Source: Mytilus trossulus (lineage: Eukaryota). Taken from it: 64,000 nt of DNA. The stretch lies in the NCBI RefSeq assembly GCF_036588685.1, contig NC_086375.1, positions 13,826,001 through 13,890,000 of the forward strand, read 5' to 3'. Below the pieces are notes generated by a model that saw only the letters and a program-made list of their open reading frames with translations, was not told the origin of the DNA and searched no databases. The translations under genes were made by a program, and so were the position numbers. Positions 38,467-49,093 of this stretch are shown here, in pieces. Position 1 is the first letter of the stretch. Each line of letters opens with the position of its first letter.

Positions 38467-39623
38467 GACCATGTATTTGATTGTATATGATTCCCTCTAA
38501 GTGTCGTTGAAGTACGCTGTAGATTGTCTATACATTATTTCGTTTTCAAGCAGTTCATGTAATATGATTAACACACAAAAACGAAGTTGTTACATTCACA
38601 CATCAATATATCTGTCACGTAGGTAGTACCAGTACATACCACAATTGCATTAATATTTATAGAACCATTCAATTTTAGTTAAAATTTGTTCGTGTTGTTT
38701 CTTATTTACTATTTATAACTGTTGATGTAAATGTCCTTTAATTTTTTGAGTCTTTGTTTACTCCTTGGTTTTGATTGTTATTGTCTTGTATCAACATCCT
38801 TACAACTTTAGTCTATTCTAAATTATATTTTTAAATGCAAAGTGATAATTTTACAGTCATTAGAGCTATAAACAACTAAGTTTCAAACATTTATATTTAC
38901 AAGTATATTTGCACTTTATTATACATAGTTGCTTAGTTTGCAAAAAAAACATCAATACTCGTAACATTATTTAAATTTCTGCAATGCATACAAAATTTCT
39001 GTATAAAAACGTGACGCTTCATTAATGTTTTTAAATGCTAAGACAAAGTATTTAAACTTAGCTAGGTGTTCTATATATTGAACATTTATCCTCAAACTGT
39101 GAATTACTGTCTGTCAAAAAAATCAGGGTAAGAATATTCAGATATTTCAATTTTTCAAAAAAAGTGTTTTTTACTTCAAATTCAGCATTTTATAAAACTT
39201 TGGCAACAGTCCATAGTTGCATAGAATAAGAAGTCTTCATTTTATTTAATAGAAAGTTGAAACATAATATATATTTTCACATTATCGAAAACAGAGGAAA
39301 GGGGGAATTTACTCCCACTTATCATTTATTGCTAATTTAGACACAAATTTAAATAAGATAATATCTTCTGTATTTGTTTTTAGTTGATATTTGTAAAGAT
39401 AACCCAAAAAACAATGATTAATTTGGTAAAACCGCCGAGCATTTCGTCTACATAAGACCCAGTGGCGCTCAAATCAGCATAAAATTACCATGTTCATACC
39501 TCTGACTATTTGAAGCTCCATACTATGTATTGGCTACCTATACTACACATCGTTTACTATTGTTTTATCTCGGCCTCTAGTAAGTACTTTACAACTAATC
39601 TTTCATCCCTTTTCCAATCATTA

Positions 39624-41028
39624 TTAGGTCTTTCCACCTTTCCGTGTGGAAAGACCTATTGAATTTCTTCTGATGACTATTTTTTTTTTCTTCAACCTAT
39701 TTTTTTTCTTGCGGTGTAAAAATGTTTCAAAAGATGTCGCTTTGGTTTTTTGTATATGATATCATACATTCTATACGCTTTTGAAACTGACCCTGTTTAA
39801 CCGAACATTACTTCGTAAGAGTTTTCTCCCCAAACACTGTTTTTCTTGTTATCCGCAACCGCAAAAGAAAGCGACATTTATTTTACCAAATTGCTCGTTA
39901 TATCCTCAGGATGTTAGGTTTTGTTTTGACCGAATAAAGGCAACAGTAGTATACCGCTGTTCAAAACTCATAAATTCATGGACAAAAACAAATCAGGGTA
40001 ACAAACTAAAACCGAGGGAAACGCATTAAATATAAGAGGAGAACAACGACACAACACTAAAATGTAACACACACAGAAACGGACCAAGCATCAGACAAAA
40101 TCCCACGAGAATAACAAATATAACATCAAAATCAAATACATGAATTTGGGATAGACCAAGCTTTACGAAGACCCCTTTTGAGAGTTATTTCCCTTTTGTA
40201 TTGAAATAAGTGAAATAAATTTGTAACTGGAAAACCATAAGTGATAGAGTCCTAGGGTCTTTTGATTTGAGGTTCTTGGTCCAAAAAAATAAAATGAGGT
40301 CAAGGTCAAAGGTCAAGGTCATGTTCAAATTTTTGATTTCGGCTTGTTATCTCTTATTTTCAGAAATCATACAAGATATCGACAAAATATTTTCAGACAA
40401 TTGTGTGTTGCGACATGTTGTAACACGTAAATTTTTCTTTAAAGGTTACGTGACATTTAATGCGAGTTTTCCCCACTTTTATATCTAATATTAGTTTTAT
40501 GGAATATAACTCATTAACAATATATAGTAGAGGCCTAGAGTCTTTTGATTTGAGTTCTTTGGTTGATGACCTTGAAATTGAACTCAAGGTCATAGGTAAA
40601 TTTAACGTTCTAGATTTTGACCTTTGTTCTTTCCTCTTATGTATACATGATAAAGCCATGGGACTTTTTGCAAAAGGTTGCAAGCAATGTGACATTGAAA
40701 AAGCCAACCGGAAGTGGCCTTTTGTAAACCGGAAGTAGCCATTTGTTCTACTTATTTAATGTAAAAGTATAAAGAACTATCTTTTTTTGGAATCAGTGTC
40801 AAGTAAACTATCAAAACATACCGGAAGTAACATCTTTTAAACCGGAAGTAAAAAATGATCTCCCTTATTTATATCTTTTTGTATAGAAACCATGTATTTT
40901 TGGAATCAGCGTTAAATAAGCTGTCATGTGACGCTAAAATTGACATTTAAAACCAAATTTTAATATTATCATATAAAAAAATCCTTAATGGTGGAAAGAC
41001 CATCAATGGTTCTCTGAACAATTGGTTT
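39624..41028 (+). mobile_element. Helentron-type element (TCAAGGTCA-rich), interrupted by a retroposon tail at ~39934-40155; relatives at ~11535-11880 and ~13000-13960
   Basis: 5' palindrome TAGGTCTTTCCAC...GTGGAAAGACCTA and a matching subterminal GTGGAAAGACC near 40991. Confidence 0.6.
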
Positions 41029-42774
41029 TTAATTATATAATATATATTGTTCTTATGTTGTACTGATTAACCACTGTCCAAAGTTAGGAGAGGGTTGAGC
41101 ATTTGCAAGCTTGTTTCACCCAAACACATTCTGTATGTGCCTGTACCATTTCAGTATCATGTAATTCAGCGTTGGTCGTTTGCTGCGAGATGTGTCATAA
41201 GCAATCAACCCACATCTTGTTACTTCAAAATAACATGGTATGTTATAAAACAGCAACTCTGAAGTTAGGTTTTATGTTCTGATTTAAGTGATGTAAATGA
41301 AATATGAAGAAGTTTCGAGTATTACTTGGCAGACCCAGTAATATTATTTTGTTTATAAGGACACTTTTGTAATATGATATCCATTTCAATTTTTGGTTCG
41401 ATTGTCCTGGACTCCTGTTTTTTAAGTGTCGTTGTAGTACGTTGAGTTGCCAATTGAATTGTCATTACCTGATTCTGTTTTCAAGCAGTTCCTGTAATGT
41501 GATTTACAAACAAAAAAGTTTGTCATTCACGCATCATAATATTTGTTAAGTATTTGTAGTGTCAATATCAAATATAGCTATAATCCCCACGTTCAAACTG
41601 CTATTGATTTTCGCCAGATACTCGCCTAAGAATCTCTTCATTGCATCAAAAAAGTAATTTATAAAATACAGTTTTCAAACATTCTTATTTACAAGTACAT
41701 TTGTACTTTATTATACATAGCTGCTTAGTTTGCAAAAAAAAACCGTCAATACTTGTAACACTATTTAAAATTTCTGCACAGCATACAAAATTTCGGTTAA
41801 AAACGTGACGCTTGAGTACTGTTTTTGTTGCTTAGACAAAGTATTTAAACTATGCTAGGTGTCCCATTTATTGTACTTTTAACCTCCAACTAAAAAAATA
41901 CTGTCTGTTAAAAAGTTCATAGTAAGAACATTCAGATATTTCATTTTTTCAAAAATGTGTTTTAAATTTCAGCATTTCATAAAACATTGGCAACAGCTTT
42001 AATTGTATAGAATAAGTAGTCTTCATTTAATAGAAAGTCGAAACATAATATATTTCACATTGGCGAAAACAGAGGAAAGGACTCTATTTATCATTTATTG
42101 CTAATTAAGACTCAGTCCAAAGTTTAATAATCATAATATCTTCACTCATTTTTTATGTGTTTTTTTCTTAATATCTATAAAAATGATTAAAGATACCTGA
42201 ATTAATGTGGTACAACAGTCGCGCAAATCCATCGTTTGACCCTTTTCTCAAACAAGGTCGAATGAACATTTGGAGCTCTAATATAAAGGGGGTGATAACG
42301 TCATTGATTTTTCACTTATAGTCTTTGTTTAATTGTCAGTTTTTGAAACAATATGCAGAATTTATCATTGTTTCAAATAAAGAAACAAAAAATCATGAAT
42401 ACTGATGCTTTGAAACACCCAAGATATATATTGTTATCTTATCTGTGTTTGTTGCATTATTGTGGTGTTTTTTTTTGGTTGCACTTCAGTGTTTCTGTTG
42501 TTTCTTTGTTTCTTTCACTCTTATAGTTGATGTGTTTACCTCAGTTTTAGTTTGTTACCCGGATTTATTTTCTCTCAATCGATTTATGAACTTTGAACTA
42601 CTGTTGCGTTTATTTATGACGGAAATATTTTTACTGCAATGAAATGAAGGATTAATTTCCTACAAAAAAAAGTAAAAACACAAAAATACTGAACTCCGAG
42701 GAAAATTCAAAAAGGAAAGTCCAAAATCAAAAGGCAAAATCAAAAGTCCAAACACATCAAACGAATGGATAACA

Positions 42775-42874
42775 ACTGTCATATTCCTGACTTGGTACAG
42801 GCATTTTATAAGGTAGAAAATGGTGAATTGATCCTGGTTTTAAAGCTAGCTAAACCTCTCACTTGTATGACAGT
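42775..42874 (-). ncRNA. Type-P5 twister-like ribozyme (UACCAAG family)
   Basis: Minus strand: P5 ACTGTCATA/TATGACAGT; GAGG; CAA; ACC-P3-G; P4 CCTG-TACCAAG-T-CAGG. Confidence 0.7.
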
Positions 42875-43287
42875 CGCATATAATTCCATTATATTGACAA
42901 CGATGTGTGAACAAAACAAACAAAAACAATAATAGGTAAAAAAATCACAAATAGGGGTAAATAGTCTTATTCGGTAGGTCACATTCGTGAAAAGGGAACG
43001 GGATTGTAGTTACGACATAAGGAACATATCCGATATCATCTGTGAAACTGATATTCCATAACGGTCAACCAACTCGTGATGGTGTCCGTAAAATTTACAA
43101 AGTGATGATTTCAAATTCACCATTTGGAATTCTTGGTTTAAAAATGAAATTCACAATTAGGAAGCTGAAATCATCTCTTTTGTCGTAAAGTTTTGTTTTC
43201 AACCGACCCTCATAGTCAATTTCTAGATATAAGTCATAATTAAATGGCAAAATCAAAAGCTAAAACACATCAAACGAATGGATAACA

Positions 43288-43387
43288 ACTGTCATATTTC
43301 TGACTTGGTACAGACATTTTCTTATGTAGAAAATGGTGGATTGAACCTGGTTTTATAGCTAGCTAAACCTCTAACTTGTATGACAGT
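43288..43387 (-). ncRNA. Type-P5 twister-like ribozyme (UACCAAG family)
   Basis: Minus strand ACTGTCATA caa GTTA GAGG tttagctagctataaaaccaggtt CAA TCC AC CATTTTCT-acata-AGAAAATG TCTG TACCAAG T CAGA aa TATGACAGT. P3, P4 and P5 are perfect and both pseudoknot pairings are possible. Confidence 0.75.
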
Positions 43388-43419
43388 CGCATCAAATTAC
43401 ATTACATTGTCAACAAAAC

Positions 43420-44720
43420 AATAAAATTGAGAATGGAAATGGGGAATGTGTCAAAGAGACAACAACCCGACCAATTAAAAAAACAACAACAGAAGGTCAC
43501 CAACAGGTCTTCAATGTAGCGAGAAATTCCCGCACCCGGAGGCGTCCTTCAGCTGGCCCCTAAACAAATATATACTAGTTCAGTGATAATGAACGCCATA
43601 CTAATTTCCAAATTGTACACAAGAAACTAAAATTAAAATAATACAAGACTAACAAAGGCCAGAGGCTCCTGACTTGGGACAGGCGCAAATATGCGGCGGG
43701 GTTAAACATGTTTGTGAGATCTCAACCCTCCACTTATACCTCTAACCAATGTAGAAAAGTAAAAGCATAACAATACGCACATTAAAAATCAGTTCAAGAG
43801 AAGTCCGAGTCTGATGTCAGAAGATGTAACCAAAGAAAATAAACAAAATGACAATAATACATAAATAACAACAGACTACTAGCAGTTAACTGACATGCCA
43901 GCTTCAGACTTCAATTAAACTGACTGAAAGATTATGATTTCATCATATGAACATCAGGCACAATCCTTCCCGTTAGGGGTTTAGTATCATACCATCATAA
44001 CATCTATGAGAAGAACATAACCCGTATCATGCCAACAACTGTTTTTAGAATAAATGTGTTTAGTTCCGATGCAAAGACCTTATCAGTGATTCAATATTAA
44101 CGCCAAAATATGCAATCTTTAATGACTTGACAACAGTATCGTAAGTATATCCCTTCTTAATAAGTCTATTCAAAGGTTTTGTAAGTTTATGAGGTGAATA
44201 CTGACACCTTTGTGCTTTATAAAGAATATTTCCATAAAAAAATGGATGTGAAATACCTGAACGTATAAGAAGTCTCGGCTGCATGTTGAGCTACATTTAC
44301 GAATGATGTCTTTATACCGATGATAATATTTAGTAAATGTTTTGACTAGTTTGTGATATCGAAAACCCTGGTGTAATAATTTTTCAGTAATACATACATT
44401 TCTCTCGTTAAAATCTAAAACATTGTTACATACACGAGCGAATCGTACAAGTTGAGATATATAAACACCGTAAGATGGTGACAAGGGAACGTCACCATCT
44501 AAAAACGGATAATTAACGATAGGAAATGAAAAATCATCCCTTTTATCATAAATTTTAGTATTCAGCTTTCCGTTAGTGATATAAATATCAAGATCGAGGA
44601 AAGGGCAGTGGTCATTGTTAGTATTAGCTTTATTTAAAGTAAGTTCACCAGGATAAATTTCATTAATATACATACTGAAGTCGTCATTATTGAGAGCCAA
44701 AATATCATCCAAATATCAAA
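43420..44720 (-). mobile_element. 5'-truncated Penelope-like retroelement: frameshifted RT C-terminal half (44060-44712) and ~640-bp 3' tail containing a twister motif
   Basis: (Y)LDDILALNN...IYPGELTL...PFLDLDI...TKIYDKRDDFSFPIVNYP...SYGVYISQLVRFAR. The ORF ends with no C-terminal GIY-YIG domain. Confidence 0.8.
43657..43747 (-). ncRNA. Type-P5 twister-like ribozyme (UCCCAAG family)
   Basis: Minus strand GGTTAGAGGT ata AGTG GAGG gttgagatctcacaaacatgtt TAA CCCC GC CGCA-tatt-TGCG CCTG TCCCAAG T CAGG a GCCTCTGGCC. This matches the twister signature UAA-N4-GCC...G-CCNG-UCCCAAG-Y-CNGG...GAGG. P2 is imperfect in this copy. Confidence 0.8.
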
Positions 44721-45499
44721 GAGTAAAAATGTCAAAAATAGGAGCACAGTAGTCAACATTGTGTTATCATCTCAATCACTATAAAAACAACAAATGTAAC
44801 GAAGAAGCACAAAAAGGCATACATCAAATTTAACACCCTCATTTTTCTTATCTTATACGATTTTATTTATCTATGTAAAGTCTACCAGTAAAGGATGGAA
44901 GGTTTTCAGTACTGGTGTAAAATTGCGCGTTTGAAATTCGCACAGGTAGACATAAAATAATTTTGTCGTTCATCTGTATACTAAAACAAAAAAATACTAA
45001 AATCTCTCTATGTATAAGGCCGCCGTTGACAGTAAAGCATCTGGATTTGATGATAAATAGCAAAAAAGAAATTGTCCTGTTCCCAAGTACTTAGGTATGA
45101 CGGCATACATAAATGCAGAGTCACGTAAAGTAGATATAACAAAAACAGACTTAGCAGTAAACGTAATAATAATGAATAAAATAATTGTGTGGTTCAAAGT
45201 ATGACGGGATACATAAGTACAGAGTCACGTCAAATGTATATCATAAAAAACAGACTTAACAGAAAAAGTAGTATTAATAAATAAAATGGTTTTGTCATTC
45301 AAAGTATGGCATGATCCATAAGAAAAAGTAATATTAATAAATGAAATAATTTTGTCGTTCAAAGTATGATGTTTTACACAAGTACAGAGTCACGTCAAAT
45401 GAATATCTCAAAAAACTGACTTAACAGTAAAAGTAATATTAAAAAAGACAAATAAAAGAATACTATAACACGTTATTAAGATGATTACCAACGTCAGTA

Positions 45500-46120
45500 C
45501 GCAAAATCTATACTTCTAGACCATCTTGTATCATATGTGAAGTTGATACGGAATGTTTATCAACAAGTTCTTGGTACCTTCCGATGAACTTTTTAAGATA
45601 AAGGACGAGACGTTCTTGTTCATCAACTTTCCGCTCAGACACTGGTGACGTTTTACAATGTCTGAATTGAAGCTGCAACCTCTTGAATACCGAATAAGTT
45701 GGGAAATATATATTCCATATGCGGGTGAAGTTGGTATATTACTACTAAGGTGGGGGAAATTGATAATTTCAAAATTAAAATCGTCTCGTTTGTCGATGAT
45801 TCTGGTACTGAGATGACTGTTTATGTCAAATTCCAGGTATAAGTCTAAAAATGAGATGGAGGAAGCCGTGTATGTTGTCTCTTTAATTTCTAGGTCTTGG
45901 GTATATTAGTGGAACCTAATCAGAAAAGTTTTCGGATTGTTAATGGAAAGAACATCATCAATATATCTGAAAGTGAAATTAAATAACCTGGCTTCTTTTA
46001 TCTTCTTGTTTTTGACAAGTGTCTGAAGGAACTCCGATTCATATGAAAATAAGAATAGGTCGGCAAGGAGAGGCACACAGTTCGTTCCCATAGGAATGCC
46101 GACAATTTGTTGAAACTGTC
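45500..46120 (-). pseudogene. Penelope-like RT fragment (second family)
   Basis: GIPMGTNCVPLLADLFLFSYESEF...FTFRYIDDVLSINNP (catalytic YIDD). The downstream sequence is disrupted. Confidence 0.8.
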
Positions 46121-46943
46121 AAATTCATAGAAATATTTTTTCGTATGCAACCGGATGTGATGTACTAATTTTAGTGATTTTGCACCTAATGAAGAAACTT
46201 TTGTTGAATAAACTGTATGGAATTTTTATTCCTTTGTAATACTGGTTATTTCTAGCATTACTGTCACGTTTTGTCATAATCAGTTCAATAGTTTGAGAAA
46301 AATCTAGTATAATTTAATGTCATGTAATGTTGTCATTTGAGCAGTATATTTAACAGAGTCATAAAGCACGATGTTTGGTTAGCCCAAAACCAGGTACAAT
46401 CTATACCATTTTCTCTTAAAATTACATGTAATACCTCAGGAATTTGGCAGTTGTTATCTGTTATTTGGAATCCATGTCTATTGCATTGTCATTTGTTTTT
46501 GTTGCACTTCAGTGTTCTGTTGTTTATTGCTTTTCTCTTATAGGTGATGTATATCCCTCGGTTAAAGTTTGTAATCCGGATTTTTTTCTCTTAATCTATT
46601 TATAACGTTGGAACAGCAGTCTATCTTTATCTTCCTTACTAAGTGACTCCCACAAATAGAGTTAAATCATAAATTATGATTATGTTATGTTTCATTTTGA
46701 AGAAACTTTTCAAAATACCAGTTATCGTTTTTTAGTTTGCAAAATATAAATGTATGTTTGTTTAAATTTTTTAGTCAGTTGATCTGTATTTCTGTACAGT
46801 TTTGGCTGCTGGATCCCAATTATTGTCACATACACATATATTTATATATATCTGTTTGGGTTGATTACTCAAAAATGTCATTTTAATAGTACTAAACCAA
46901 CTGTCATGTAACTTGGGGGTTAAGCTGGCTGTGAAACCAGGTT

Positions 46944-47169
46944 AATATTTATCAAAAGTACCAGGATTATAATTTAGTACGACAGACGCGCGTTTCGTCT
47001 ACATAAGACTCATCAGTGACGCTCATATCAAAATATTTATAGAGCCAAACAAGTACAAAATTGAAGAGCATTGGGGATCCAAATTCCAAATACGGCTAAG
47101 GTGATCTATACCTGGGATAAGAAAATCCTTAGTTTATTTCGAAAAATTCAAAGATTTGTAAACAGGAAA
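46944..47169 (-). mobile_element. 5'-truncated retrozyme with hammerhead (46980-47024), inserted inside a plus-strand twister-like motif (~46900-47217)
   Basis: Canonical core CTGATGA...GAAACGCGCGTC on the minus strand. The flanks rejoin as ...AAACCAGGTT|CAACCCAC...GTCTGTACCAAGTCCGG. Confidence 0.85.
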
Positions 47170-47382
47170 CCAACCCACAATTGTCTTTGAAAAATGTCTG
47201 TACCAAGTCCGGAATATAAAAGGTGTGTTTCACGCGTCCCGTTAGTTGAATACGCTTGATTTCATACTTTTACTTTCTTTATACGGTGTGATATTTTTGA
47301 GTCAAACTATTCCTTGTAACTGCATGCAGTTTTATAAGACAAAATAACTTTCATACATTTCAGAAGGAAAGATAAAAGTACA

Positions 47383-49086
47383 ATGTCTTCATCGGCCAAG
47401 CACATTTGTACAATATGTCATTATGATGAAGTCCCGAAAACAGCAGTCACGTGGTGCACAGAATGTGAAGTTTTCTTTTGCGGAGACTGTGAAAAACCTC
47501 ATAAAAAATTAAGATTGACCATAAATCATAAGACCATATCATCTCAAGATTATCAAAAGTTACCGACATTCATACAAGAAATAAGCAGTCAGTGCAGAGA
47601 CCACAATAAGAACTTTGAACGTTACTGTTCTGTTCATGCATGTCCCTGCTGTGATCAATGCATCACTGATAAACACCAGGCATGTGGAAACATGCAACTG
47701 CTATCAGACGCTATTAAGCAAGTAAAAAATTCTTTCTCAGTTGAGTTTTATAAAAACGAATTGATGGACGTAAATGAAAACTTAAATAAAGCCATAAAAT
47801 ACCTGACAGCGAGGATCAGTACAGCCAATTCCCAGAAAACTGAGGCATTTGATGAAATCCTGTATACTCGAAAGTCTATCGATGACTACTTTGATAAAAT
47901 AGAGCAGAAAGTACTCGACGAACTAGAGAATAAACATTTGGAGCTGAAATTAAACATGGCCTCCATCGTACAACAAATGGAACAGCGACTGCATCAGATA
48001 GAAAAAATTCAGAGCGAGTTTACCAAAATGACACAATCTGCAACTGCGTTAGAACTGTATTTTGGTCTGAAGGAAATTGAAAAAACTACATCAGAAGCCG
48101 CAAAATACATTTCAGATTTAAAGGAAAGTGGCGATCACTTCAGTGAAAAGAATTTAGAGGTTAAAATTTCATCTGATCTTCTATCAAGTATTCAAGATGT
48201 CAAATCATTTGGAGATATTAATATCAATACGACGTCTTCTACTCTCCTTGTCAAGACCGGAAGAAAGAATCAAGCACTATGCGTTCCTAGAAGTGATCGA
48301 ATTAAACCAGCTTTGCTAAAGAGACTGACAATTCCCCAAAATATGAAGTTTTTGAATATACTGGCGTGCTTAATATTGTCTGATGGTAAGGTAATAATTC
48401 TCGATTACAACAAAAAACAACTACTGCTTTTTAGTGACGCTGGCTTCTTCGTTAAAGAAGTATTTACATTCAGAGAATATCCTCTCGATGCATGCTTTGT
48501 CATAGATAATACAGTGGCTGTCTTATTAGGATCAGCAAACAAGACAGCTCTGGTGGATGTTGAAGAGAAGACAATTATTGAAGAAGTTGATCTTTTTCAT
48601 TATTGTTATGGAGTAGCAAGTGATGGTAAAAACTTAATTATTAGCAGTGATAATAATAAGATTATCAAAGTGAATTTGGACGATATGTCTCAAACAATCT
48701 ATAAAAAAGGAGTGGAGGAACTATTTTATGTTTCGTTATTGCAAGGAATTATCAATGGTACCACGACCTTTCAAAACACAATCTGCTGCTATAAAAGTAC
48801 CGGGGAACCTCTCTGGACATTTCAGCGCCAAGACATTGACGTACCAGGACGACTTACATTAGACAAGAATGGCTATGTTTATATTGCTTCTTGTAGGAAC
48901 AACAGTATCGTGGTATTGTCACCAGATGGTAAAACCTGTAAGACAATACTATCAGAGGCTGATGGAATCAAATCTCCTTGGGCAATAGATATAAACAAAG
49001 AAAAGGGATTGATGGTGGTGTCCAGTTTTATGAGAGATAATAGACGTGATGCTTTCTATGATACAGCATTTATTTATAAAATTTAA
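47383..49086 (+). CDS. RING-less TRIM-like protein, copy 5 (most divergent full copy), 567 aa
   Basis: Intact ORF with both B-boxes conserved. Acceptor CATTTCAG (AG 47362-47363). Confidence 0.95.
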   Translation: MSSSAKHICTICHYDEVPKTAVTWCTECEVFFCGDCEKPHKKLRLTINHKTISSQDYQKLPTFIQEISSQCRDHNKNFERYCSVHACPCCDQCITDKHQACGNMQLLSDAIKQVKNSFSVEFYKNELMDVNENLNKAIKYLTARISTANSQKTEAFDEILYTRKSIDDYFDKIEQKVLDELENKHLELKLNMASIVQQMEQRLHQIEKIQSEFTKMTQSATALELYFGLKEIEKTTSEAAKYISDLKESGDHFSEKNLEVKISSDLLSSIQDVKSFGDININTTSSTLLVKTGRKNQALCVPRSDRIKPALLKRLTIPQNMKFLNILACLILSDGKVIILDYNKKQLLLFSDAGFFVKEVFTFREYPLDACFVIDNTVAVLLGSANKTALVDVEEKTIIEEVDLFHYCYGVASDGKNLIISSDNNKIIKVNLDDMSQTIYKKGVEELFYVSLLQGIINGTTTFQNTICCYKSTGEPLWTFQRQDIDVPGRLTLDKNGYVYIASCRNNSIVVLSPDGKTCKTILSEADGIKSPWAIDINKEKGLMVVSSFMRDNRRDAFYDTAFIYKI

Positions 49087-49093
49087 ATCGACC

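Larger units (their letters stand above)
34000..42225. repeat. Old non-coding tandem array of about four 1.4-1.9 kb units (plus a short partial unit) with unit-specific insertions
   Basis: Anchor GTGTCCCATATATTGTAC-like at ~35380, 37246, 39066, 41859. Anchor TAATTTGGTAC-like at ~34033, 34340, 35740, 37620, 39420, 42203. Confidence 0.85.

Noticed and set aside
3246-49086. Assigning a symbol such as TRIM71, TRIM2/3 or TRIM56
   Set aside because: There is no RING or filamin domain and the expansion looks lineage-specific, so orthology cannot be supported.
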